Numbered from the whole stretch's first letter, positions 24,411 through 39,700 are shown. The stretch: 63,925 nucleotides of DNA, filler included, from Octopus bimaculoides (GCF_001194135.2; 8 parts of 7 records of this genome joined end to end with filler, not necessarily neighbours in it), one strand, 5' to 3'. Made by a program: numbers and translations. Notes: generated from the sequence alone by a model not told the origin.

Positions 24411-26988
24411 CCTTTGCATCTAATTGGCATCGCTTGCGCTCTGTTTACTTACCTCTGAGTAATGTATTCATATGTGTATGTCTTGCTATCATATAACTTA
24501 TGTCTCTATATAGTCATAAAATTGAAACAAAGCTATATTCAATAAATGTTTTTCAAAAACATACGCAACAAATGCAATAACAAATGATAAATTTGCAGCC
24601 GTTCACAATGTTGTCTTCGATATTTTTATTTCTATGTTTTCAGTGGAAACAGGTCTTTTTATCTATAAATTTTTAAAGATATAATGAGACAATTATTTAC
24701 TATCTAAAACACAGAGTTTATGCAGCCGTTATTTTACTTCATTTTACAATACATATGTCGATTCAATTGTTGCAGCTAATAAGAGCTTATAACATCCTTC
24801 CTCATGTTACACACATAAAAGTATACTGTGACAGGTTTATGAACCACTGAATGGAAAACTTCATTGTTTACTTTTTTAATTTCTTGAGGTTCAGTCTATC
24901 CTAGAAGGCAGTGTTTTTACATAACTACACCACGAAAAGAATTAATTACTTCATCAGCAATTGCACTCATTAAGTGATCATAGGTTTTCAAATTTGAAGT
25001 AAATTATGGTTGTGTAACAGAGCCGAAAGTAATTTTTACTCTATGTGTTAGGAATGTAGTTAGAATACCTAATTGCTATGCATGGTAATTATAAGCGTGT
25101 ATGTTATTGGTATAGATTTTCTGGAAATTTTTGTAAATGATGTTTGAGAAATATAAAGGATCCATTCCATGTATGTCATTCATACGCACACATGCTGACG
25201 TGTAGAAATGAAGAGAACATAGAGAATAACACTTACTCGTCTAATACATCATAATCTATATTTCAAATAACAAAAAATAATGTGGATCCATATTACGATG
25301 TTCAAGATATGCATAGGAAGAAACTAGTAAGATGGAGAGAAACTATTCATGGGTTTCCATTTGCTATTGCTGAAAGTGAAAGGTTATAAAGTAAAATAAG
25401 TTGCTTCTAATTGAAATTGTAGGGTTTTCTCCTTGCACCAAACCAATTTATTTAATTTTAAATCTGTTTATATTTCAATTAAACTAATGAAATTAACCAA
25501 AATTAGACGTTCAGTGAGAATGGAGACGGGTCTCTAGTATTCTATTGATCGTTCAAGTAAAATTCTATCTTAAATTTCAATGTGGAATTACTGAGAAAAA
25601 TACGGTTTCAATTTCGTTGCGAATCTGATAAATATTCGAAAGGTAATTTTGATTTTCTATTCTCTATTGTAATTAAGATGCGTATTAGCTCTGAGCGAGA
25701 TTATCTATTTTCAGCTACAAAGAATCTAAACGTATATTACAAATAACCTATATATTTTTTGACAGCAGAAGAGTTTAACTCGGGGTAGATTTGACACTTG
25801 ATTCTAGGAAATCAAATTGCTTCATTCCACGCAGAACATTGGATATTCTGCCTTCTGCAACGTATCTTTTCTTCTAGATACTACATTGGAAATACAACGT
25901 AATACATAATTGTCTATAGACAGGCGACCATTTCCCAAATCCTTTGTAATGGTTTTGTCAGAAAGAGTGTATTTCAGTTCAACTAACACTGTTAATATTC
26001 AGCAGCACGTGGCTGTTGGTGATTCTTTATACCACCTAATCACAACCCATTCAAGATTAATTTAGCTAATTCCTCAACTTACGAGTCTTAGTGCATCTAT
26101 TGAAAGAAATCACTTTTCCGGAGCTGATTAATTCCTAGTGCTTCGAATATTTTCTTTGCTAGCATACATGTATCTTTCTTTAAATGACAAATATTGATAT
26201 CAATATTTGATAAGTGTTTCCTTCAATTGGATGTAACACATATCTAGGAAAACTTAATTTTGCAGATACAATGTGAACGTTATTACCTCTCGTTTGTTTT
26301 TTTCCGTCGAATTCACCCCATCGTGTATATAAACTCTCCCGCACATATTGATTTGTTTAGAAAATACTTAATATTAATGCCAAAAAAATGTATTGCTGGA
26401 TTGAGCACTTTTGTGTGTTTCTATGACAATTAAAGTAATTACAACTTTTTTATTAATGCTTTTTGTCAACGTATGAACGTCAGACACTATTAGAATATTA
26501 GGAAAATTACTACGAAGTGAATGAATACTAAAGATCAAGATTATCTGAAGTATTTTATTTAAATTTCTGTAAAGTGTTCATACTGCACTTGCAAAATGAT
26601 TCAGGAAACCAAAACGAGATGGTGAAGACGTAACTGAAAGCAAAAACAACTGGATTGTAACAGAAAATAAAAATAATTGGACAGAGCATTTCAAATGGAA
26701 TTTAAAAAACTGAATAATTAGCAAATATCAAGAATAATAATTAACAGCGACTACACAAATTTCACTGGAAGTAGTTACTCATAATAATTCTGAGATTATC
26801 AAAAAATTACTAGAAAATACTGATGAGGTTGGCATGGCAATAATGATACTGATGACGACGACGACGATGATGACGATGATGTTGTGAGGGAGGAGAGGTT
26901 CAACATAAAGACGATAATTAATTAGTTTTCATACTTTCTCAATTCTGTTATGTATTTCATGATGACGATAATAACGATGATGATGATA

Positions 26989-27195
26989 ATCTTTTCTACT
27001 ATAGGCACATAACCTGATCTTTTGGGGGAGGGGACCTGTCGATTGCATCGATCCCAGTGCGTAACTGGTACTTAATATATCGACCCCGAAAGGATGAAAG
27101 TTAAAATCGACCTCGGCGAATTTTGAACTCAGAATGTAGCGACGGGTAAAATACCGCTAAAAGATTTCGGCCAGCATGCTAACGATTCTGCCAGC
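26989..27195 (-). mobile_element. SINE family A
   Basis: Alignable by eye along its length to 12851-13066. Confidence 0.88.
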
Positions 27196-27324
27196 ATTAT
27201 GATGATTTTTAAATTTTATGGAAATCTTTTCAATATTATAACTGATGATGATCATCTTAACAATGATAATTCGTGATATAATGTTATGAAGACTCAGAGC
27301 TTATTGATATTATGATGGAAAGTG

Positions 27325-28270
27325 TCAGCCGTCCACATACAGTAGACTAAGATGACACTTGTTTACTGGTCCTGCTCCAAGTACACTGCGAAGAATTCTT
27401 GCAGTTCCAAGCAGTGTCGAATTTTGGAGATGTTCTACCTTCACACTTGCAAAAATAAGTTTTTGCCATGTTAGTAGTTGAGTACTGATACTTCCAACTG
27501 CACCAGATACTACTGGTATCACTTCTACTCTCCTCATTGATTACGAACTTCGTATTCCCCATTTCAAATCGTCATAGTTGTTTATTTTCTCTTGTTTCAC
27601 ATGAATCCTGTTATCACCGGAGCATGCTATGTCGATTATCATGCATGTTCTTTCTTTTTATTCATCAGTTTCCGATGTCTGGCTAGGGGATTGCACTGGA
27701 TCATTGCATCCCACAGCATTTTGAAATTCTCAATTTTGTGAGTCCTCCTGGGGTTTGCTCATAACACGTTTTTGCTCTTTGTAGGCCGTAATTCCAACAG
27801 AGCTCCCAATCGATCATTTTTGCCACATTGTCATGGCGTCTTTCGTATTCGCGCTGTGCCAATTTGGGGCATTAGTTAACGATATACCATATCCTTTCAC
27901 CCCTTTCACCACACATTCTGTATTTGTCGCTGTCGGTAGTATTGTCAATTCTGCACTTAAGATGGTTGTTCCCTAACGCTGCTACTTGAGCTGTCCATAT
28001 GAGTGCTTCTGTTTTTATCTGCAGATCACTCCTCCCCATCCATAGCCACCAGTCCTCTGTATCTGTCTTAACATTCACTCCTCTTGCAAATTCACCATAC
28101 GTTTCTTCCTTTCCATGGTTTCCTTTTTTGTGTTCATTTCTTCTTTAAATATTTCTTTTTCTTTCATTACACAATTTTCAGTTTTGATGACACTGGTCTT
28201 CTTCGTATGTTTAAACAATGGCTCCACGGCATTTCTTATGTTTTCATCTGCTTCGATGTCGTATAATATC
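27325..28270 (-). mobile_element. R4/Dong-like LINE 3' fragment (CCHC and endonuclease)
   Basis: IKTEALIWTAQ, YRMCGERGERIWYIVN*CPKLAQREYERRHDNVA, MLWDAMIQC, CMIIDIAC, VEVIPVVSGAVG, LLGTARILRSVL. Confidence 0.88.
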
Positions 28271-28341
28271 CAAAATCTTTGTGTTGTTGATTGAAGACAT
28301 CGTATCTACCGGCATTTTGCATTGCCTGGCAAATTACAATC

Positions 28342-29935
28342 TCAGACAGACAATACTTTACTAATTCTGCGTGCAGTTCCAAGTAATCCCCATGTTTGCA
28401 ATACAACTAAATTGTAGGGTATTTCTAAAGTTTCCAGATGCTTTTTTTTCTGTTTGGGTGATATTGACCCCAATTCTCCGATGACGATAGGGAAAACCTT
28501 TATGTGTGACTCTCGTAACTCTAACATCTTAACAATCTCAAATCTTAGGTCTCCATATTTATCAATCTTTTCTCTTTCTTCCATCATAATATGTTCATCT
28601 GACATTGCCACGTCGTTTATTAAGCACTCTTGCTTGTACCTCTTAAAGCTTACTCTATCCGGCCTTTGGTTCTATAACACCTTGTCTGTCCGGAAGTCAA
28701 AGTCCCAGAGAATTTTTGATTTCCCCTTTTTGGTCATTACCTTTTCCAGGATATGTTGGTACGAAGTACCATTACCTCATATCCATACTTCCGGCATAGT
28801 AGCCAGTGAGTGTTTTGCGCTACCTTGTCGTGTTTGCGCTTGTACATTTTCTGCGCAAGACTTCCACAAGCACTAATAATATGAGTCATGTTTTCGACCC
28901 ACTTCCCACACATTCTGCAGAGGTTCACTCAGTTGGTAATCGATACCCGATACTGGACGGCGATGATTAGGCATTCAGTATTCTTGTTTTTATGTCACCA
29001 TTTCTGAGCCATCTCCATGATGCTTCCCGGTCTTTCACGTTATTAGTTTCACAGTGGAACTTACTATGTAATTCCATGCGATTTCTTCTCTGTCGTTGGC
29101 TGTTCGTGATCGGAATTCATGAGTACTATCAAGTTTATTTTTGGTAAATCCTTCTGGATTAGTAGCATACTGTGGCAGGTTTTGTTTGCTCTTTACCAAA
29201 TATTCTGTCATGTTCTTTCACTTTTGATGCACCCCTCTACGCTAATCAGTCCACGTTCACCTTTATTCTTCTTCATGTAGAGCCTGTGTACATTCGTCTT
29301 AGGGTGGAGGGCATCATGCATTGTCATTGTCTTTCGAGTAGTGTGATCAAGTTGGTTTATCTGTGTCCATTTCTGACTACATCCGACCTCTGCCCATATA
29401 TTGATGGCATTCATAAGGTTCCTTGAGTTGAGTCTTGATTACAAGAGAAATTTTAGGTGCTACAAATATGCAGTTGTCTTTCATTTCTCTGTGCAAGATA
29501 TTGTCTAGTTCCAGAATCTCAAGATATTTGTACCCACCCATCATCATGCGAGCTTTCCATTCTCTCTCCGTTTGGCAATTCTATGCCCCTACAATTTGCT
29601 CTTTTACCCCGTTTCAAAGTGAGCACCGTACACTTCGAGAAACCGAATTCTATCCCTATATACTTGTTGCACATCGGTAAAGTCTCAATCAGATTCTCCA
29701 TGTCAGGCTGTGCTTTTGCGAACAGTTTTAAATCATCCATGAAAAGAAGGTGGGTGAGACGAGGTCCATTCTTTCTCGGCTCATAGTGTGCAGTTTCTTT
29801 GCGAAGGACTACAGAAGGTGGGATCAAAGCTATAACAAATTACACAGGAGAACAAGAGTCCCTTTGGAAGATACCACTTTTGATTGTTACCTTGACTAAG
29901 CGCTGGTTATTACAGAAAAGTCGTGTTTTTCAGCT
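28342..29935 (-). mobile_element. R4/Dong-like LINE, RT domain 4/5 through C-terminus
   Basis: GIFQRDSCSP, THLLFMDDLKLFAK, FGFSKC, LHPKTNVHRLYMKKNKGERGL, CRMCGKWVENMTHIISACGSLAQKMYKRKHD, EKIDKYGDL, PIVIGELG, LLGTARRISKVL*. Confidence 0.92.
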
Positions 29936-30006
29936 AGGTATACAGTTCTTAATCAGTGCACGCACGTGGCATTTGTCTATTTAACATTTCGGAGTCGAGA
30001 AATGAA

Positions 30007-30085
30007 GTACCAGTAATCGACTAGTCCGACCCCACCAAATTTTAGACCTTGTGCTTATAGTAAAAAAAAATTATAATTATTATTC
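30007..30085 (+). mobile_element. SINE family A 3' fragment
   Basis: GTACCAGTAATCGACTAG...GACCTTGTGCTTATAGTAAAAAA followed by an (ATT) tail. Confidence 0.6.
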
Positions 30086-30094
30086 TTCCGTAAC

Positions 30095-31930
30095 ACAGTG
30101 TAAGTAAAAATGCCCTGGAGACATAATAATTTCTTTAAGATGTGCTCTATGCCGAATAAGGCTGCTTTTAGGAAGATTTCAATTTTGCATGGATTTCCAG
30201 TTGCCTTAAAAAGTCTTGAAGTTTCAGTGGGATTGAGCCCAACGCTTCGATCACCACTGGTATCACTTTCACATTACCCTCTCGCATTCTATGCAGTCTT
30301 GAACATTTCCACTTTAAATTCGGAGTACTTGGTGATATTTTCAACCTATTTACTCACAACATTTATGTCATTTGGTATGGCTACATTAAAGACTGAAAAC
30401 AGTTTTTCTTTTGTTCCTGTTTTGTTTTGCTATATGTATTGGTTTTCTTTAGTAGGTAATTTTTGTAGTCCTATGGCGGTTACTTTCTAATAGTTTTCTA
30501 GCTGTATAAGGCCTCTACTACCTTCCATACATTGTATATATATATATAACATTTTTATGTGAGATTTTAGGCGGTGCATCCTAAATCTTGTCCTTATTTT
30601 TGTTTGTTTCTGATCTTTTTGGATTAGTTCATTTAGAGTTCAGTTAAGGATATTGTAGCTTTAATATATATAAGGGGCGGCTACAGTGTTGATACTTATT
30701 ATCTTGTTTATCGCATTGAGCTCTGCTTTCAGTATTAATCTAACTCGGCTAAAGTATTCCTTTCTTATCTTCTCTCTCATTTGTGTGTGATGTATCTAGT
30801 TCATTGATTCCTAAGTATTTGGATGTCTGGCTTTGATCTAATTCTCTTATTTCATTTGCTTTATCCGGTGTGATGTTACTACTCTTATCTAGTTTGCCAC
30901 ATTTCAAGATTGCTTTGGCACATTTTTTCTGAGATAAATTTCATGTCCATTGTTTGTTAAATCTATGTACTGTGTGTAGTAATGATTCCACCTGTTTATC
31001 ATTTGTAGCGTACGGTTTTAGCTCATTCATATATGAATGGTGACTGATTGTTTTGCCGCAACAGTTATATCCAGATACAGTTCTGTTTAGTTTGTCAGAT
31101 AAAAGTGTCAGTGCTAAGCAGAAGAGGAATGGAGAAAGTATGTTTTCCTGGAATATTTGTTTTCTAATGGAAATGACTTTGTGTTTTTATAAGACCCTAT
31201 TTTGTCTGGAGCTATAGCACTGACTGTCATTTATTAATGGAATGTTTTGTACATTTTATGATTATTGGTGCTACCTTGTTCTTGGCTAGTGTTTCTAGAA
31301 TCCATGTGTAGTGAATACTGTCAAAAGCCTTTTGGTAATCGATCCAGGCCATACTAAGGCTTCCTTTCTTTCTGCGGTTGTCTTCAGTTATGGCTTTATT
31401 GATCAGTAGCTGATCTTTACAGCCGTATGAACCCTTGCAACATCCCTTGTCTATGGATGTGCTAGTATTTCATTATATTTCTCAAATTTTTTGATGTGTT
31501 ACTGTCAGCTATTTTAATCAGAAGTTGATGATTTTGTCGTACCTGGGTGCCTTCCAGTTGCGTAGATTTTGCAATGCCTGGTTGGCCTCTTTAATTGTTA
31601 TGGGGGTTCAGGGTTGTTCAGGGGCTGTGTTCGTTGTTTTCATGGACCTTTTCCTGAGGTTGTTCCTTCACCGACCAAATTTCTTTCTCAAATTTTTCCA
31701 CTCTTTCTGCTCTTGGTGCTGAATTAATCTATATTTTATTTTTGCCAATCTTGGTACAATCTTTTGGGGTTGCAGTTGAACTGAGTGTTTAGTTCAAGGA
31801 AACATTGGCGTTTCTCATATCGGCGGATTCTCTGTTCTTTGGTGAGGATATCTTGCTGTGGCTGTTCTTTTACCTCAGGTATACCTTGTTCTGTAATTTT
31901 GTATTTACGTAGTATTTTTCTTTTCTTCTT
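30095..31930 (-). mobile_element. R4/Dong-like LINE, older copy with internal deletions
   Basis: QRIRRYEKR..NPKRLY, WIDYQKAFDSIHYTWILETL, FQENILSPFLFCLAL, ISHHSYMNELKPYA, and 3' LKAALFGIEHILKKLL. Confidence 0.85.
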
Positions 31931-31959
31931 GTTGCTTAGTAGTGTTGATTGACCGAAAC

Positions 31960-32255
31960 TCCTATGTTTCCAGAGGTGAATTATTCACATTCAAAAGAAT
32001 TCCTCTCAGCACATTACTATGATGCTTCCCACTACTTCTGGTCCTGTTCAGAGATGCACATATCGTCAGCCACGTAGTGACATGCTCAGTTAGTTAAGGT
32101 CAAACAACTGACAAGAATATCTGTGGTGTTGAGCAGAATATTTGCTGTAGCCCATTCTTTTATACAAAGACAAAACAATGTATATGATAACACTTCCAGT
32201 CAGTTAAGATCAAAAGTCATGAGATCCACTGCTTGGTACAGCATGTGGGCATTTT
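31960..32255 (-). mobile_element. Non-coding interspersed repeat (SINE or LINE 3'UTR-like), partial
   Basis: Clear homologue at 57125-57398 (ATGTTTCCAGAGGTGAATTATTC...GAGCAGAATATTTGCTGTAGCCCAT). Confidence 0.8.
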
Positions 32256-32402
32256 ATTATTGTTATTATTATCGTTCTTCTTCTTCTTCTTCTTCTTCTT
32301 CTTCTCCNNNNNNNNNNNNNNNNNNNNNNNNNNNNNNNNNNNNNNNNNNNNNNNTCCTCCCCCTCCTCCTCCTCCTCCTCCTCATTGTTATTATTATTGT
32401 TG

Positions 32403-32463
<61 letters not shown>

Positions 32464-33556
32464 CATCATTATTATTATTATCATCAATATTGCTATTATT
32501 AAGCGGTTAATCATAACAATTTCAATATTAATCAAGTAGGTGTTAAGCGAATGCGAATCACTTTGTAAGGACAGTGAAGTATGAAGTAAAAAAAATACAT
32601 TCATACTAAAGAAACTAGTAGTAATTTGACACAAAATATTAAAAAGGACGACTTTTCAAAAAATTGAATGAAATTAGAAGGATGGTGTAGAAAACTCTCA
32701 TTGAGTGGGAATATGAGAAATGGCATAAATGTTTTTTTAAATAATAAATTTACATAACTAGTATTTCATTCTCGAAATTTATAGTGCGATATGTGCGACG
32801 ACGTGTGACTGGTGGAATGGTGCATAGAAAAAAAAAAGAAAGAGAAAAGGGAAATAAACATGGCGATTAATGCAAATATTATATGATATAGTTGTTATTC
32901 AAATGTCAAAATAGTTTATCCAAAAAAAAATGGAGCAACAAAATACACTCGGACGCGCAAGCACGCACGCAAAAAGGCAGAAATGTAGACACACACACAC
33001 ATACACACACACACACGAACATACACACATATATATACACACACAAACTCATTCATACATTTACTACGTTCAAAAGCATAGAAAGTCAGCACACAGATAC
33101 ATATTTACAAATATCTGGATATTTGCATACGTTATTTTCTGTAACCTGATGTAAGAAAGTGTTCATGGATGATCCGTTGTAGCTGAGCATCTAATCCTCT
33201 AGCAACTGTTATTGAAGCGTTTCGAACTACTATAATGTTGACACGTGCGTAGGAACTACAATATTAACTTACGTTTATCCTACTTTCGGTTATTCACATA
33301 CGAATGTCTGCACATGTTTGCATCCATGACAGTTTCCTGGTAAAAACGAAATTTCTTCAAACTGAAGGCCGAGCCCAAATGCCTGAGACATGGGAAGCTC
33401 CGAGAAAGGTACTCAATGACAGCACGATGGTGTGAAATTGTCCAGTAATTGTTCTCCCACTAAAACTAGGTCTCCTTCATTCTACGCCGATAGAATAGGA
33501 CATAGCACTGAATAGTATATAGACATTTTCATTAATATAATGCAGATTGTATTTAG

Positions 33557-33629
<73 letters not shown>

Positions 33630-33826
33630 GTCTGTTGTCTGTCTGCTGTCTGTCTGTCTGCTGTCTGTCTGTCTGTTGTCTGTCTATCTGTTGTCTGCCT
33701 GTCTGTCTGTTGTCTGTCTGTCTGTTGTCTGTCTGTCTGTTGTCTGTCTGTCTGTCTGTTGTCTGTCTGTCTGTCGGTTGTCTGTCTGTCTGTCTGTCTG
33801 TCTGTCCTGATGTGTATATGCTTGGC
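33557..33826. repeat. Compound (TATC)n plus degenerate (TGTC)n tetranucleotide repeat
   Basis: Directly visible. Confidence 0.95.
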
Positions 33827-33853
33827 TGTTTTATGCCTGTACGTATTGTTTTT

Positions 33854-33900
<47 letters not shown>

Positions 33901-36665
33901 CTATTCTTGATGCATTAAGAAATAGGTACAATCTTTCCTGTCTTTAAAATGTTAGTTATTGATACGTGTAGACTTGTTCCCTTGTGGATTGATCAGACAA
34001 GACAACAAAACGAACAGTGGTATGATTTATTCTAAGTTACAATATATTCCAAGTTAAATATTAATGAGTCGACTTTGTTCTTTGTCACTGGCAGGGTCAA
34101 TACCAGTTGTGTCGTATTGCGGTTTCTATCTTTATGATAATATATTGTCACCAAACTCTTGCCATCTTAAATCATCTCAGATGCTTTGGAGTTAAAGGAA
34201 ATACTCTAGATTTATAAGTTTGCTTGGTTCCCTTCCCACAACTTCGATTCGTCTTTTTCACCAGCATCTATCCAGAAACTGGATATGACGTTCCCTTCAT
34301 CAACAATAGAGAGCAGCCGTCAGGCATTTCTATTCCTGCCGTCTCTGAAAAACACATGTTATTACTTAACCGTCGTATTATCTAATATTGGGTGATTTAA
34401 TATCGAGTGCGAAACATTTTGCTAAGATCGGCTGAACATGTATAATAGCGTACACTTTGTTTAATATACCCGGTCTATTGACCAATATACGAGTGCATAT
34501 TTTTCTGATTAATGAATTCTGAGACAAACAAATGTACATGGCTTAATAACGGCTGGAGCCGTTGCTTTTGTACTGCGCTGCAAAACGGAGTTAATATTTT
34601 TAGGTCAGTTGATGATTTGCGGCTTTCACAACAAGTTTTTAAAATATTACTTTTCTCTCATAAGTGGTACGAAGAATTACAATAGGTATTTTGTACAGAC
34701 ATCGGCTTGTTGTGAGCACTAATAGAAAAGACAATATTCATTCAATGATTTAATGGCATGCCTTCTAACTCGTACCCATTATCTGTTACAGCATTAGGTT
34801 TGTTCGCCGAGTACTGAAAAGTAAGCAAGTCCACAATTAGAATGAAAATTGATGAGGAGTTGAAAATTTGAAGATGCTATGGATATGGTTTCCTGTACCT
34901 GGGTCTCTTTCTGATTTAACTCGTTTAAAGCAATTTCTGCAAAACTCTTCAATACACAAACGTATTTTTTTTTCTATCTAAAACTAGACCTTTTGCGAAT
35001 TTCGACGATAATTATATTACAATAAATATTAGGAAATTGGCTTTATATTGTCATAAGTTCGTCGAATGGATGTCGTTTTCCAGAAGATGATTTTCCAAAG
35101 AACACTCGATTTAGAATACTTTCATCTTACATAAAATCATATGTCCTGGTTATATTTATCCATATTTATACACTACGACGCAACTGCTATGCTTCTGCTA
35201 CACCTGCTCACAACAGTTAGTATTTTGCACATATGAATATATTTGTGTATATATCTATGTACTGATGTATCATGGTACATATATACAAGTGTATACACAC
35301 TGACACACAGGCATGTAGACATGCGCAAACATATACCTAAATATGTGTGTGCGTCTGTGTCTGCATGTCTGTTTACATGTAGATACAACTTGTAATACGT
35401 CGAGAATGAATGTTTGTATCCTCACATTAAACTTCAGCTAAAGGTTATATTTTATTGCCGAGTAAATATAAATTAGTAAATCGATAATATACCTATGTTT
35501 TGTAACGAAATATAAGAGGAAGCCTACTCATAGATACTTGCCTTATGTATCAATTAAGCAATATGATTCTAATGATCGATAAAATATATCAGGAAATGTG
35601 TCACTTATCGTTCACAAATATTAAACTATATTAAATTAGATCGTTAAAACATAAACGTTTCTAGTTACTTGATATATTGTATAGTTATACTTCATTCATA
35701 TAAACATTTTGTTTTTATGGTACATCTAGTTATACATACATGGTGTATGTTAGTTTTGTACGTGTGAGTTATCATTTGTTTGTGTATGAATATAAAATTT
35801 GATTTTGATAGATACATTTTATATATACATATATATCTTGCAAACAGATCATGTGCTTTTCCCTCAATACTGAAATATCTATCTCACTGTAATATCAGAA
35901 CAGATAATATCTTGATAAAAATGCTCATTTAGAATTTCCACATTATCTGAGCCAAAAAATTAAAAAATACAGTTTCAACAAATAAAACATTCTTTTAATC
36001 ATTTATTCTTCATTTTCGTCTTTTATGCACAACAGAGCCTGATAGATTATATATTTCTTTGACTATTTGTTATTACGTTTACTATTGTTTAATGCAAATA
36101 ATATCTGTCATTGAACAAGCCTAAGATAAAAATGTGTTTCAGGCGTTATTACTCTTTCTGGCGAACGAATATTATTTTGGCTTGCATTGTCCAATGCGCT
36201 TTTGTTTTTTACATGGCAATATCTTGTGTATTGACAGAAATTTGTCTACTACTTTTAAAGCGTTTATGACCATCTCGTTTGTCTCTTGGTTGATCGTAAA
36301 TTGACCGTGGAACATATTAAGTATATAAAATTTATTTGCCTATTTGTACATCTGATACAATATATGAAGTAATGAGTATGTATTTTATCACAGAGACACC
36401 TAGGAAAAATTTTATTTTCTCAGGGCCATATTTTGTTGAGCTAAATACATAAGTATTTCACAGAGAGAGAGAGAGAGAGGGAGAGAGAGAGAGAGAGAGA
36501 GAGNNNNNNNNNNNNNNNNNNNNNNNNNNNNNNNNNNNNNNNNNNNNNNNNNNNNNNNNNNNNNNNNNNNNNNNNNNNNNNNNNNNNNNNNNNNNNNNNN
36601 AGCGGGGAAGAAATATATGTGTGTGAGTGTATTTAGTAGACGAAAACTGAAAGAAACCTGTCGTA

Positions 36666-36704
<39 letters not shown>

Positions 36705-39700
36705 GTTGCGATGGACACTGCTTGTATCGTTGACAGCCTTTTTCTACGAGACAACGCATACTCCTCCATCCTGTAATTATTGGTTCTATTTAGTTTCCTT
36801 CTCTTCATTGCAAATATGTTATTCACTAAATTCTGAGTGGTAGAAGAGAGAATTGTGACGGTGGCTCGAAGGGAAACTTCATTGTTGCTTATGTCTGCCG
36901 GAGGAATGTTCATTTTAATATTATGAGAAGCTACGGTTTCCTATCGTGGAATACAACAGTTAGTATTTTGCACATTTATACTCCCAAAATAATCTATTCT
37001 AATTAATATTATTCAACCTTATATGATGTTTATTATTGTTTTTGTATTATATTTCTACCCTTGCTAGCAGCGTTGCTACCTTTATACACATTTATGCGTA
37101 CTTGCGCGTGTATATTTGTAATTGTGTGTATTTTATGTGTGTGCATGTGTGTATTTTTGTGTGTTTATTTGTGTATGTGGGTATGTATGCGTTAGTATTA
37201 AATAAAAGTGCTCTTTAGATTAACATTAATTAAAGCAGAACTAATTCAAAAGAAATTTTAAATGATTTCGAATTAAGAATATCTAGGCCTCCTTTTGTCT
37301 GCTGAGATTACATGGTGTTTATCTGAAAATGGCGGTGCAGACATGATGCTATCCTCACTTTGTTGGTATTCTACATATCGATCTTTGTGTTCTATGTCTC
37401 TATATGTGTGTATACGTGTACGCAGATTGTAAACATTTCTAAAATCATTAAGTTTAAATAGATTATGGAAATAAAATTATCCGCTGCTAATCACGGTTTC
37501 AGGAACTCTGGTATTCTGTTGTCTTAAGAGCAATAATTGTGTTTACCGGCTTTTGGCATACTAAAGTAATGAAAGTTAAACCAATAGATGATGATGAATA
37601 GAGTCATCTTAGTCGATTAATTGAATCGTGGATCAAAGTTGAAACTGACCGACATTTTATTTAATTGTCGTGGATCAAAGCAATTGTGTAGAGAAATTAA
37701 TTGAACAACAGCTACGAGGTTTATATCAAAAGGACTATTTTTCTTGTATCAAATTGATTTACGTTTATTGATTGTTGTATTGTTAAGTATATGTTATTAG
37801 AAATTAAGGCAATTAATATATCAATACAATCAGATGTTTAATAGGCTATTAAATTAATACTAAATTATCAATTATGTAACATACAACGTTCAGAGATTAC
37901 TCATGACAGTATGAGAATAGTCATACGAGATTATAAAAATAAATTCATTATAAATTCAGGAGGAAATTATAAAAATTATAATCTCTCAAATATATTGATA
38001 CGTTTAATCTGAGATTAAACGCATGCCACCATAATATATTGGAGTCCATTAACGAAAGAGTTAACTATTTCTCTGAATATGAAGTGGATAGAATGTAGAA
38101 TACTAAGATTTCATGCCACGAGCTAGGAAATTGACTGGAAGTTAAGCTATAATAAGGTACCTCATATAACTGAACCAATGGAGAATAGGAAACGTTTTAA
38201 GGTATCATTTGCACATGAAGTCCATAAATGTGAAAATTAATGCCGAGAAGACGTTCATCATGTGCTTTTTGCTTGACAACCATTTCCTTCTCGTCAGTGA
38301 GTAAATGAATAGTTTCGCATCACAATATTTTAAACAAAGGTAGCGTATACTATAGATAACCATACCGCACACACATACGCACATATATATATAAATATGT
38401 GTATGTATATATATATGTATATATATATATGTATACATATAAATAACATGTATATATANNNNNNNNNNNNNNNNNNNNNNNNNNNNNNNNNNNNNNNNNN
38501 NNNNNNNNNNNNNNNNNNNNNNNNNNNNNNNNNNNNNNNNNNNNNNNNNNNNNNNNNNNNNNNNNNNNNNNNNNNNNNNNNNNNNNNNNNNNNNNNNNNN
38601 NNNNNNNNNNNNNNNNNNNNNNNNNNNNNNNNNNNNNNNNNNNNNNNNNNNNNNNNNNNNNNNNNNNNNNNNNNNNNNNNNNNNNNNNNNNNNNNNNNNN
38701 NNNNNNNNNNNNNNNNNNNNNNNNNNNNNNNNNNNNNNNNNNNNNNNNNNNNNNNNNNNNNNNNNNNNNNNNNNNNNNNNNNNNNNNNNNNNNNNNNNNN
38801 NNNNNNNNNNNNNNNNNNNNNNNNNNNNNNNNNNNNNNNNNNNNNNNNNNNNNNNNNNNNNNNNNNNNNNNNNNNNNNNNNNNNNNNNNNNNNNNNNNNN
38901 NNNNNNNNNNNNNNNNNNNNNNNNNNNNNNNNNNNNNNNNTATATATATATATTTGTATATATCTATATATATATATATGTATATATATATGTATATATA
39001 TATGTATATATGTATATATATAGTTGGATAGAAATGTGCGTGTATATGTATGTGTGTGTATGTGTGTGCATGTATGTATGTATTCGTAACTGTATGTATT
39101 TAATAGACATGCATGATTACACGTGTAGTGTGTCACGCAAATCTCTATGTAGCGGAATAAGAGAAAAGTGTACTATAAAATTGTATTACTTTACAAGTTC
39201 ATTGAAATCCTGGAAGTTTAAATGTGGTTGCAAATATAACTATATGAACGATGAATAATAGTAATACATATATATACTTAAAGAGTAGTCCTGTATTAGT
39301 CATTCTCAGAAATGAGAAGGTGCGGTAGAATCGTAGCATTAATTCATATAACCAATCGAAACATTTCATTATATTTATTCAGTTCTCTGCATCTACTTCA
39401 TATGATTTAACATGTACTTCAATAAATATAGATTACTTTGTTAAGATCGATGCACTCAACTACACAGACATACAGTTATACGTAAAACTGTATTAAAAAT
39501 TGTTTCATTTGTTAGTAATACATAAGTTATGTGGTAAGCTGCTGCCAGCGAAATAATTCGACTGCTTGGATCGATTTCCGAATAACGTAGCCGGATGTAG
39601 GATAAGATGCAGAAATATATAATATATTATATATTACAGACAATATATATATATATATATATATATGAGACATAAAATGGATTAATAAATCCAGATATCT

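Noticed and set aside
36700-36913. Minus-strand ORF start MNIPPADISNNEV...RRKRLSTIQAV
   Set aside because: Runs into (TA)n and a gap; no domain or credible donor site.
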